Shown here: one piece after another, positions 49,664-58,869 of the stretch
How positions within the stretch are numbered: the stretch's first letter is position 1
How the letters are laid out: the number at the start of each line of letters is the position of its first letter
Source of the DNA: Candidatus Kapaibacterium sp.
Lineage (GTDB): Bacteria; Bacteroidota; Ignavibacteria; Kapaibacteriales; UBA2268
NCBI GenBank assembly: GCA_963665665.1
Contig: OY762428.1
Location: forward strand, 4,928,001 to 4,992,000
Direction of reading: 5' to 3'
DNA length: 64,000 bases
Program-made: the position numbers and the translations under genes
Notes under the pieces: generated by a model
Database searches by the model: none
Told to the model about the DNA's origin: nothing
The model's input: only the letters and a program-made list of their open reading frames with translations

Positions 49664-50737
49664 AAACTTTGTTGGAAAAGTGAAAAAATGTAATCCGGTA
49701 AGCAATTGATAAAAAAAGAAATAGAAAGGAGAGTGAAAGTTATCCACAATTTCCAGGTTGTTAACAAAAAGAAAAAAAAGTAGCAAAAAAAAGAAAAATT
49801 AATATTATTACATATTTTTTTCTTATTTTATTAGAGAAGAAGTATAGATTAATAAACACCATAAACTATACTTTTATTTGTCTAAGCAATAGGGAGCATT
49901 TCAAAGAAAAGGCATTTTCTACAATAAGAGCTGGTTTTAATACTGCAGGTGACCCACCTAAAAACGTATTATTTGATCATTCTCAGAATTCTCAATTTTA
50001 TACATTATGGTTATCAGAACCTTATGGTGCTCGAAGGTCTTGGTCTGCAGTAGTTTTCTTAATTCATTCTTCTCGAAATGTTGAAGGAAAACCTGGATAC
50101 ATAATACTTGGACAAGCAGACTTTTCCGAACTAACCGCACCAAATCTAGAATATTATTACGCTTATTCTGATGGTGAATATGGTGGAACTGCTCCAACGA
50201 TAAAAGTTGATGTATCAGAAGATTGCGGTGAATCTTGGGTTGAGATAGCATCTGAGACTCTCATTGAAACAGGTTCACCTGTCGATGATAAAATTTACGT
50301 TCCTTCTGTAGATGAATTTAAATTAGTATCAATGAGTTTAGAAGAATACACAGGTAAGGAAGTCCTTATAAGGGTAGCTGGGATACCGGGATCCTCAGGT
50401 AGCTCTTTTTATATTGACGAAATTGAAATAAGTGGAACAGTTAACGTAATGGAAAATGAAACTATTCAAAATTCATTAGTATATCCAAATCCTGCTGATT
50501 TAATTATTCATTTTAATTCAGACTCATTTTTAGATTACAGATATAAGGTATACTCTGTATTAGGAAATGTTGTTTTAGATGGACTAAATATTGATAATTC
50601 AATAGATATAAGTGGTCTGAATCCTGGTGCATATTATATTAGGGTTTCCAATAAGATTTTCAGGATAATTAAAAAATAATTGCATTTTCACAAGAACAGA
50701 TTAGTTCTAAATTCAATTACTAAAATATGGAGTAAAC

Positions 50738-51628
50738 ATGTTTAAATCATTTATCATTTCTTTTCTTTCAATAGTTTTTGCTTTAAATTCTACAATTGTT
50801 CAGGCTTTAGACCTAAGCCAATTTGAATTGAAAGCAAGTTACGCATTAACATCTGACGGTGTAGATGAAACTGGAAATTTTGAAGATATGCAACTTGTAA
50901 ATCCAATTTTTGAAGACGGTGGGGTATTTTCATGGGGATGTTGGAGTTCAGGAGCAAAAGATTCATGTCTGATTGCAACACCACAGTTGAATGTTTTGAA
51001 TGATATAGCTTTTGCTATTCAACTTGACTTCAAATTATCTACATTCGGTTTACCGATCTTCCAAGCAGGTAATTCTTATAGATACCTTGGAATCCAATCT
51101 ACAACCTCAGGTGGACTGATACTAAAAACCGGTAGTCAGGCAGAAGAAGAAGTTCCAGAATTTATATTCAATATAGATGAGTGGTATACTGCTACTGTTA
51201 TCCATAATACTCATGACTCTACTACAACAGTTTATATAAATGATGAGTTGGTATTTACTAAAAAGAAATATTTAAATCACCCAAACAATGATAATATAAT
51301 ATCAAATACAGATTTCAGTAGAGGTAAAGCTTTTTTTGGCTATATCAAGAATTTAAATATCTATTCAACTGACGAGATATTATCAATTGATGACCAATAT
51401 ATTGATGATCAAAATATTCTAATATATCCCAATCCAGCCAGTTCTTCAATAAATATCCATGTTGAAACTTCTCAACCTATTGATTACTCAATTTCAAATT
51501 CTGTTGGAATCGAAGTTTTATTTGGAAGAATATCAGAATCAAAACAAAGTATTGATATTCAGGAATTACCAGTAGGTATTTACGTTTTGATGATCGAGAA
51601 TAGAAGTTATAAGTTTATAAAGGATTAA
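50738..51628 (+). CDS. T9SS-secreted LamG/concanavalin-like protein
   Basis: Signal peptide; EWYTATV...VYIND...FFGYIKNLNIY; CTD IYPNPAS. Confidence 0.75.
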   Translation: MFKSFIISFLSIVFALNSTIVQALDLSQFELKASYALTSDGVDETGNFEDMQLVNPIFEDGGVFSWGCWSSGAKDSCLIATPQLNVLNDIAFAIQLDFKLSTFGLPIFQAGNSYRYLGIQSTTSGGLILKTGSQAEEEVPEFIFNIDEWYTATVIHNTHDSTTTVYINDELVFTKKKYLNHPNNDNIISNTDFSRGKAFFGYIKNLNIYSTDEILSIDDQYIDDQNILIYPNPASSSINIHVETSQPIDYSISNSVGIEVLFGRISESKQSIDIQELPVGIYVLMIENRSYKFIKD

Positions 51629-51642
51629 TAACATTGAATTTC

Positions 51643-51679
51643 AAAAAAAGGGACTATTTCGTCAGAGTAGTCCCCTTTT
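51643..51679. terminator. Bidirectional terminator at the guaA 3' end
   Basis: aaaaaaagggacta...tagtcccctttt. Confidence 0.75.
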
Positions 51680-51716
51680 GTATTTAAATATTCTAATTTC
51701 GAATAACTTAATGCCA

Positions 51717-53255
51717 TTATTCCCACTCAATAGTTGCGGGCGGCTTGCTTGATATATCATAAGTAACTCGGTTTATGCCTCGCACCTCGTTGATTATCCT
51801 GTTGGATGTTTTCTCCAGTACTTCCCAGGGGAAGTGGAAGTATTCGGCCGTCATGCCGTCCACGCTGGTAACGGCTCGCAGGGCGCACGTGTTCTCGTAG
51901 GTGCGTTCGTCGCCCATAACACCGACGGTTTTTACCGGCAGCAGTACCGAGAAAGCCTGCCAAATATCGTTATACAACCCGGCTTTTTTAATTTCGTCGA
52001 TGTAAATTGCGTCGGCTTCCTGCAGAACTGATATTTTTTCGCGCGTGATGTCGCCTAATATTCTTATTGCAAGTCCGGGGCCGGGGAAGGGGTGGCGTTC
52101 AACAAACCAATCAGGTACGCCAAGTTCGCGGCCGACTGCGCGCACTTCGTCTTTGAATAATTCGCGGAACGGCTCTATCAGCTTCAATCCCATTTTCTCG
52201 GGAAGTCCGCCAACGTTGTGGTGAGATTTAATTACCACGCTCGGGCCCTTAACGCTTACGGATTCTATCACGTCCGGATAAAGCGTTCCCTGTGCCAGCC
52301 ATTTTGCATTATTGAATTTTTTCGCCTCAACGTCGAACAGGTCGATAAAAGATTTTCCGATTATCTTGCGTTTCTGCTCGGGATCGGAAATTCCTTCAAG
52401 CCTGCCAAGGAATAGATCGCTGCCGTCTATTAAATCTATCGACATATCAAAATGCTCGTCGAACAGATCCATGAGTTCCTTGCTTTCATTCTTTCTCATC
52501 AGGCCTGTATCAATGTGAATACAGTGGAGTTTATCACCTATTGCTTTATGAAGAAGCACAGCGAGAACAGTCGAGTCCACTCCGCCGGACAGGGCGCAAA
52601 TAACCTCGCCGTCGCCAACGGATTCCTGTATTTTATTTATAGAATCGTTAATAAACGAGCTGGCGTTCCATGTTTCTTTGCATTCGCAAATACCGCGAAC
52701 GAAATTGTTGAGGATAACTTTTCCATCAAGAGAGTGGTGTACTTCCGGGTGAAACTGTACGCCGAATATATTTTTTTCTTTGTTGCGAATAGCGCATATA
52801 GGAGCATTATCCGTGTGGGCAATAACATCATAGCCGGCTGGAGGCTGCATTAGAGAATCGCCGTGGCTCATCCAAACCTGCGGTTGGGAAACGCCTTTGA
52901 AAAGGTCATCATCTTTATCAATTATCAGATGAGCTTTACCATATTCTCTTTTGGCTGCTTTGTCAACTTCACCGCCACGGAAGTAAGCAGTAAGCTGCAA
53001 ACCGTAGCATATACCGAGAACCGGAATATCTTTTTCGAAAACATCAAAGGTGGGGTGGGGGGCTTCATCGGCATAAACGCTTGAGGGCCCGCCGGAAAGG
53101 ATAAGGCCGTTGGGCTCAATTTCATCAAATTCTTTCTCACTGATATTAAAAGGCCTGATATCCGCGAATACGCCAAGCTCTCTTACTTTTCTGGCGATAA
53201 GCTGAGTGTATTGAGAGCCGAAGTCAAGTATAAGAATTTTTTCTGATGTTTTCAT
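51717..53255 (-). CDS. guaA: GMP synthase (glutamine-hydrolysing)
   Basis: LDFGSQYTQLIAR, LGICYG, QFHPEV, LSGGVDS, KSHHNVGGLP, HPFPGPGL, KPPATIEWE. Confidence 0.98.
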   Translation of the reverse strand: MKTSEKILILDFGSQYTQLIARKVRELGVFADIRPFNISEKEFDEIEPNGLILSGGPSSVYADEAPHPTFDVFEKDIPVLGICYGLQLTAYFRGGEVDKAAKREYGKAHLIIDKDDDLFKGVSQPQVWMSHGDSLMQPPAGYDVIAHTDNAPICAIRNKEKNIFGVQFHPEVHHSLDGKVILNNFVRGICECKETWNASSFINDSINKIQESVGDGEVICALSGGVDSTVLAVLLHKAIGDKLHCIHIDTGLMRKNESKELMDLFDEHFDMSIDLIDGSDLFLGRLEGISDPEQKRKIIGKSFIDLFDVEAKKFNNAKWLAQGTLYPDVIESVSVKGPSVVIKSHHNVGGLPEKMGLKLIEPFRELFKDEVRAVGRELGVPDWFVERHPFPGPGLAIRILGDITREKISVLQEADAIYIDEIKKAGLYNDIWQAFSVLLPVKTVGVMGDERTYENTCALRAVTSVDGMTAEYFHFPWEVLEKTSNRIINEVRGINRVTYDISSKPPATIEWE

Positions 53256-53354
53256 TTTATTATCCGGTAATTAATAGTCATAAAAAAAAGCGGGGCAAAG
53301 ACCCCGTTCAAAATTAATCAATTTTTCCATTTGTTTCAAAATTATAAACAAACT

Positions 53355-54245
53355 TTATAAGTGAGGTCCAATATAACCGATATAGCATTTTCTATTATCA
53401 AAATCAGGATGGAAATAGAGTCTAGTGCCATGAGGAAGAATGGAAATATGAGAACTAAATTCAATAGTACGACCATCCGGGCAATATTCCTCATGTCTTC
53501 TATGGGAAGTTGTTGTTTCAGGTCGTGGAGCTCCTGATATTTGTTTCAGCGATCTATCATTTAATTCAATAGCTTTTTGAAGTTGCTCAAGTTTATTTAT
53601 CAAATCAAAAAGATTTGAACCAGCATTTGTTTTTTTAATAAATCTTTTAGTTTGAGATGATTTGCAAAAAATCAAATTTGGAAAGATTTCTTCTTTTCTA
53701 TTCCAAAGATTTAATCCGTTGGTTATATTGATTTGAATATAATCGGATCCAAGATTATCAATATGTTCGGGAAGAGAAACATTTCTAACTTCAACAGAAC
53801 ATTCACTGATTTCCTCAGAATTATTATGAAAAAATGATTTTTTTAATCGAACCAAATTGTTCTTCCAAAAATTGGCAGAAGGCAAACTGATGGATGGTAA
53901 AGAGTTATCTGCTGCATGGCCAAGTCCTACAGGTTCATTTTCATATCCCTCAACTGAGTATTCAGGATATGATACTTTATATAGTTGTTTTGATGTAAAT
54001 AACTTGAACAATAGTTTGTTAGCATCTTTGTGGTATTTAAGTATTTCAGTTTTCGCTATACTTGTAAAATTTGGAAAAATATTTTCGAGAAATTCGACTT
54101 CAGGATAAACAGGTAAAATATTTTGTATTAATCCTGATGATTTTTTCATTTTTAATAAAACATCAAAATGTCCTTTCAAAAACTCTGATAATTGAGTATA
54201 AGATTTGATGTCATGTAATGATAATTCATTGAAAAAAATATCCAT
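53355..54245 (-). CDS. Putative effector of a Menshen-like defence system, C-terminal RelE-like region
   Basis: MDIFFNELS N-terminus; C-terminal FSSHI...RLYFHPD...YIGYIGPHL; abuts the ATPase gene. Confidence 0.55.
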   Translation of the reverse strand: MDIFFNELSLHDIKSYTQLSEFLKGHFDVLLKMKKSSGLIQNILPVYPEVEFLENIFPNFTSIAKTEILKYHKDANKLLFKLFTSKQLYKVSYPEYSVEGYENEPVGLGHAADNSLPSISLPSANFWKNNLVRLKKSFFHNNSEEISECSVEVRNVSLPEHIDNLGSDYIQINITNGLNLWNRKEEIFPNLIFCKSSQTKRFIKKTNAGSNLFDLINKLEQLQKAIELNDRSLKQISGAPRPETTTSHRRHEEYCPDGRTIEFSSHISILPHGTRLYFHPDFDNRKCYIGYIGPHL

Positions 54246-55364
54246 TTATATAAGCTCCATCAGGTTTTTGTCCCACTCATCAAGAAAACCGTCCGGCCAA
54301 TGATCAATTCTGCCGTCTTTATCAATATTCATTTCGTGAACATAAGAGAAATGCCGGGCAGATTCAATAGTTCGGTCAAAGTAATACAATTTGATTTTCT
54401 CATGAGTGATTTCATTTCTTTTTGTAGCCACTCTTATTCCGTTTATAATATGATCGCTGTGTGTTTCCAGAATGATTTGCGCCCCTGCTTCGGCAGCTAA
54501 GGCTGCCAAACGCCCGATGGCAGACTGGGCTTTAGGGTGAAGATGTGCTTCCGGATTTTCGATGATTATCAATTTATCCTTTCTTGCCAATAAAAGTGAA
54601 AGGATTATGGGTATGGAGTAAATTATTCCGAATCCAATATTTTTTGTCGAAAAGTTATCTGTATATTCTGTTTTTGTACGGAAAGCGGCTTCCATTTTAA
54701 TGTTATTGTTAAATTCTGTTACATTAATCCTGACTCCCGGAGATATTTCCTGAAGCCATTGGTTTAGATTTTCCATTAATGTATCAGATTTCGATTTCTC
54801 ATGGCGCAATCTTTTTATTGATATTTTCTTCCTGCCTAATTGATTAAGATATTGTGCTGAATATTCTCCTTTGTTTCCTATTGAATCAAATTTATCGATC
54901 AAATAATCATTTTTACCGTAACTATCTTCGGGCGATACAAGGTCTGCCTGGAGGTATTGAAAGCATTTGTTCTGAAATAGCGCTTCTTCTTGGTATGGTT
55001 TTTTATCATCATTTAGAGTTTTTGAAGATTCAATAGATATTGGCAAATAGTCTTTGAAAGAATCATAATTATATTTCAAATTCAAAAAATATTTGTTATC
55101 AAATTCCAGGTTAAAACTTATAAAGTCTTCCTTGGCATATTGATAAATAGCATTTTTAACGTTACCAAGCGATAAATTCTTAGTATTCAGCGAAATATTA
55201 GGAAAATTACCTTCATGCACAGCAGCATTACGAATAAGATTCAGTACTTGAATTATGGAGGATTTTCCCATCCCGTTTAGGCCGGTAAGAATATTCAGAT
55301 TTGAGAATTCCAGCTCAACTTCTTCAAAGGCTTTAAAATTTTTTATATGGAGATTATTTATCAT
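54246..55364 (-). CDS. AAA/ABC-type ATPase with DUF3696 C-terminus (Menshen NsnB-like)
   Basis: Walker A TGLNGMGKSS, IENPEAHLHP, ETHSDH, DGRIDHWPDGFLD. Confidence 0.82.
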   Translation of the reverse strand: MINNLHIKNFKAFEEVELEFSNLNILTGLNGMGKSSIIQVLNLIRNAAVHEGNFPNISLNTKNLSLGNVKNAIYQYAKEDFISFNLEFDNKYFLNLKYNYDSFKDYLPISIESSKTLNDDKKPYQEEALFQNKCFQYLQADLVSPEDSYGKNDYLIDKFDSIGNKGEYSAQYLNQLGRKKISIKRLRHEKSKSDTLMENLNQWLQEISPGVRINVTEFNNNIKMEAAFRTKTEYTDNFSTKNIGFGIIYSIPIILSLLLARKDKLIIIENPEAHLHPKAQSAIGRLAALAAEAGAQIILETHSDHIINGIRVATKRNEITHEKIKLYYFDRTIESARHFSYVHEMNIDKDGRIDHWPDGFLDEWDKNLMELI

Positions 55365-56472
55365 GATTATTACTAACTATGTTATTTATCATTTTATTAA
55401 ACATTGCAAACCTGGTTAGAACACTGTTATTTGAACCTGTAGATGTAGATATTGCTTTGAAAAATTCAGGATTTTCAAGCAGAGAAATTAAATCAGATTT
55501 TACTCTTTGACTATTATCCTTGAGAATTCTGATTTCATTTTCGGTAAGTTGAGAAAAAGTAGAGGCAACAACGTCAAAAAGAGCTTTGTTAAGAGGATTC
55601 GATTTTTTTGAATTTTTATCGATTTTCCTGAAACTGTATTTATTGAAAATTTCGAAACAAAGATTTAAAGCTTTTATAAAATTATTTTCAATTTCATCCA
55701 ATTTCGAATTATCTAATTCATTAATCTTATTCATCGCTTTATTAAGGAATGCGTCAAGTTCAGGTTCATATTTTTCAAATCCGAACAAATAAAATGCTAA
55801 AAATCGATTAACCAAATCGCGATCTTTCATTCTTTTTGTTGGTATGGAATAATTTGTTGAACGCTTGAATTCCGGAAGTTCCGCCAATTTTTTTACAAAG
55901 TCGGATGGCTTCCCCTGATTTAAAGCATGTCTTATTTCCTGAGGCTCCAAAACCACTCCACCGGTGTTAATTCTTTTAAAAATGTTATATTTTACGTCCG
56001 GAGGTGTACCTTCTTGTATTAGAAATGTAATTATTTGTGTTTCCTCGATTCTCCTCTGCAAATCTCTCGGAAGTTCATCAAAGGACTTATTATTAAATTG
56101 TGTTAAATATTCTAAACCTGTCAATTCTAAATTTTTATCAACTAAGAAATTTCGGAAAACGCTCAACCTCTGGAGTCCATCAACAATTAACCAATTATCA
56201 TCGACACTTGTATCAAAATAAAAGGCCGGTAATGGAAATCTGATTAACAAAGATTCAATCAATCTACTCTGCTGAATTTTATTCCAGATATTATCTTCTC
56301 TTTGGAAATCAGTAAATAGATTGATTTCATTGTTTTTAATTCTTTTAATAATTAGATCAATTGTCAGAGTTTTTGAAATAATATTTACATTCTTAGGATC
56401 AAAAGGTTCGTTAATTTCAGAACTAAGAAAGTCTTCTTCATTTTCAAATATAATTTTCTGTTGGTTACTCAT
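55354..56472 (-). CDS. DUF262 (ParB-like) protein (Menshen NsnA-like)
   Basis: DFQRED.IW, LIESLLIRFPLP, IVDGLQRL, FKRINTGG motifs; ATG at 56472. Confidence 0.85.
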   Translation of the reverse strand: MSNQQKIIFENEEDFLSSEINEPFDPKNVNIISKTLTIDLIIKRIKNNEINLFTDFQREDNIWNKIQQSRLIESLLIRFPLPAFYFDTSVDDNWLIVDGLQRLSVFRNFLVDKNLELTGLEYLTQFNNKSFDELPRDLQRRIEETQIITFLIQEGTPPDVKYNIFKRINTGGVVLEPQEIRHALNQGKPSDFVKKLAELPEFKRSTNYSIPTKRMKDRDLVNRFLAFYLFGFEKYEPELDAFLNKAMNKINELDNSKLDEIENNFIKALNLCFEIFNKYSFRKIDKNSKKSNPLNKALFDVVASTFSQLTENEIRILKDNSQRVKSDLISLLENPEFFKAISTSTGSNNSVLTRFAMFNKMINNIVSNNHDK

Positions 56473-56523
56473 TGTTAAAGCAAAATAGACAAACAAAATT
56501 TAATGTTTTGTAATAATTGAAAG

Positions 56524-56552
56524 AAAAAAGCAGGAATAATAATTATTCCTGC
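56524..56552 (-). terminator. Intrinsic terminator
   Basis: gcaggaataat/attattcctgc stem with a T-run on the minus strand. Confidence 0.65.
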
Positions 56553-56593
56553 CTCTAATATACATAGAATTTCCATTTGTTTCAAACGCGATA

Positions 56594-57622
56594 TTATTCA
56601 AATGTGAATGATGCGATTGATTTCTCGAAAATTGGAAGATATTTGTCTGCTTCTCCCTTGAACCAGTCCATTGTTATGCGGAAGAGTTTGTCGCCTTTCA
56701 CTGCGAAGTAAACTCTTCTTTTTACTGTTCCGGTTGCATTATAGCTTAGTACGTAAGCATTTTCGCCGCCGAGTTTAGTGGATTTCTTTGCAGGATTTCC
56801 GTATTTAGCCAGGTTATCATCAACAATCTTGTCAAGTTTGTTCTGTTTTGAAGCATCAAGGATGTCAACGTTAATATAGCAGTCGCCGCGGCGTTCGCCG
56901 TCGTACATAACTGATTTTATCAGGTTGCCGTCTTTACCAAGGCCTTTTCTTGACCTGAAGTTTTTCGGTATCATGATTGAATAGCCCTTGCCGGCTTTTT
57001 TTACAAGTTCTTCGTCCGGGAAAGGAAGTTCTTCAGTGTTATAAATTGTATCAGAAACCGGGGCCGGTGTTTCAGCAAGAACGAGCGTTTTTAATATTTC
57101 GTCAAAAGTTGTTTTGTAATGTTCAAAAGCGCCACCAAATGCTTCAATGCTGAAAATTGTAACTGTACCGGGATCTTTCTGTGCAAATATGATTTCTCCG
57201 TGGAAAGGGCCGTCTTCAAGTTCGAAAGCATATTCCAGTTTTTTTCCGCTTACGCCGTCAACAGTTACGTCGATAGGATCTGAATAAACCTGTTTTTCGA
57301 AACGAAGGGATTTATCCATGATCGTATCAATAGTTCTGAGCGAATCAGAATCAGCAGTAGTAACTTCAATTCTTACAGCCGGAAGTCCTTCAGGATCATA
57401 AGCACGAAACCTGTTCATACCTTCTTTGGTTGTGAAGACAGAGAAACGGCCTGTTTGCTTTGCGCCAATATGCCAGTTAGAAGGATATTGCACAGAGAAT
57501 TTTTTTACTTCGTCAACATGTGTGTCGAGTTCTTTAACTTCTGTATAGCCAGGACCGCCACCGCAGCCGATCATTATAAAGGCAATTAATGCCGGAACCA
57601 GAAAGAAAATAGATTTTTTCAT
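56594..57622 (-). CDS. Lipoprotein with two PsbP/Mog1-like domains
   Basis: Lipobox MIGC; two FSVQYPSNW / YSIMIPKNF ... FDEILKTL / FEKSIASF units. Confidence 0.65.
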   Translation of the reverse strand: MKKSIFFLVPALIAFIMIGCGGGPGYTEVKELDTHVDEVKKFSVQYPSNWHIGAKQTGRFSVFTTKEGMNRFRAYDPEGLPAVRIEVTTADSDSLRTIDTIMDKSLRFEKQVYSDPIDVTVDGVSGKKLEYAFELEDGPFHGEIIFAQKDPGTVTIFSIEAFGGAFEHYKTTFDEILKTLVLAETPAPVSDTIYNTEELPFPDEELVKKAGKGYSIMIPKNFRSRKGLGKDGNLIKSVMYDGERRGDCYINVDILDASKQNKLDKIVDDNLAKYGNPAKKSTKLGGENAYVLSYNATGTVKRRVYFAVKGDKLFRITMDWFKGEADKYLPIFEKSIASFTFE

Positions 57623-57838
57623 TTAGAAACTCCAATGAATTTAATATAAAAGAAAATAATTTTCAAATTCCCTCGAAAGCTAAGATAAAAAAACGAACTT
57701 TAAAACACAAAAGCATTTAATACAAGAATTAAAAAAAGTAATAAAGAACCATTATCATATAATTTATAACTTCTTTGTTTGTTATATATTACAACACGAG
57801 AAACGATTCTTTGATTTTCGTGATAATTTCAAATAATA

Positions 57839-58855
57839 TCAATACTTTCTTTTATTCAGTTTGTTTAATAGTTCTTTCAGCATTTCTGTATATTTATTGT
57901 CATTGATTGCTTTAAGGCTTTTCGATGCAATACCAAGCAGCTTTTCCGCTTCCGAGTAAGCTTCCTCAATAACATTCAGTCTTTCGAACATTTCGTTCAT
58001 AGCCGGAACATATTCTTCCGAAAGTCCGTTTTCATCATAGAATTTTTGCATTAATTCCTTATCATTTTTATTGCCATGCCCTGCATCAAGTTTTTCTTTT
58101 GCTTTCAGTATAAGGTATGTTTTTTTACCTTCCAGAATATCCTGCCCGATCTTTTTGCCAAGTTTTTCCTGTTCGGCAGTAAGATCCAGAAGGTCGTCCT
58201 GAATCTGGAATGCCAGCCCGATATTCTTAGCGTAGGTTCTCAGGGCTTCGACTTCATCAATATTACCATGGCCTGCATGGCCACCCATAACAGCAGCTGT
58301 TTCGAGCAAAAGAGATGTTTTCTTTTCGATCATCATAAAATAATCCTCAAGCCTGACATCTTTATCCTCATTGAATTTCATGTCGTAGGCCTGGCCTTCG
58401 CATACTTCAATAAGGCCTTTGGTATATTCACGGTTGATATCGTCGGCGCGCTCGTGGTTTCTTCTTTCCGGCAAAAGTGAATAACCGTGGCCAACCATCA
58501 CATCTCCGGCTATTATCGCCGTTGCAGGATCCCATTTTATATGAACTGTATCCCGGCCCCTGCGAATGGGAGACTGATCCATAATGTCGTCATGAACCAA
58601 TGTAAAATTATGCATAATTTCAATTGCCGCTGCAATATCAACGGCCGAGTAGGGGTCTCCGCCAACTGCTCCTGCTGATATCATTGTCAGTACAGGCCTT
58701 ATTCTTTTACCACCGGCAGACATAATATAGCGGAAGGGATCATACATACAATCCGGTTTTTTGTCGGCCAGGTATTCTTGTATTTTATTTTCAACTGCTT
58801 CTAAAAATTCACTATAAATTTTATTAAAATCTTCCATCTCGAAAAAGACTTTCAA
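57839..58855 (-). CDS. Polyprenyl diphosphate synthase
   Basis: GGKRIRP, HDDIMD..RRG, EGQ, KT, FQIQDDLLD. Confidence 0.93.
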   Translation of the reverse strand: MKVFFEMEDFNKIYSEFLEAVENKIQEYLADKKPDCMYDPFRYIMSAGGKRIRPVLTMISAGAVGGDPYSAVDIAAAIEIMHNFTLVHDDIMDQSPIRRGRDTVHIKWDPATAIIAGDVMVGHGYSLLPERRNHERADDINREYTKGLIEVCEGQAYDMKFNEDKDVRLEDYFMMIEKKTSLLLETAAVMGGHAGHGNIDEVEALRTYAKNIGLAFQIQDDLLDLTAEQEKLGKKIGQDILEGKKTYLILKAKEKLDAGHGNKNDKELMQKFYDENGLSEEYVPAMNEMFERLNVIEEAYSEAEKLLGIASKSLKAINDNKYTEMLKELLNKLNKRKY

Positions 58856-58869
58856 AATTTGAAAAAAAC

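Larger units (their letters stand above)
48461..49903 (+). mobile_element. IS3-family insertion sequence (1443 bp) with 3-bp AAG target duplication
   Basis: Ends TGAACGGCTTCCT...AGGGAGCATTTCA (imperfect IR, 5'-TG...CA-3'); AAG at 48458-48460 and 49904-49906. Confidence 0.92.
47290..50679 (+). pseudogene. Omp28-like thioredoxin-fold T9SS cargo protein (~647 aa) interrupted by an IS3 element
   Basis: EEFTGIHCGNCP and YKHNHVLR Omp28 motifs; removing 48461-49906 restores the frame ...GVK-EKAFSTIRAG... through to the CTD (VYPNPA) and stop at 50679. Confidence 0.88.

Noticed and set aside
49740-49748. Perfect DnaA box TTATCCACA
   Set aside because: Single copy inside the IS3 3' non-coding region; not evidence of an origin
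50332-50679. Stand-alone 115-aa T9SS protein
   Set aside because: It is the in-frame C-terminus of the IS-interrupted gene starting at 47290
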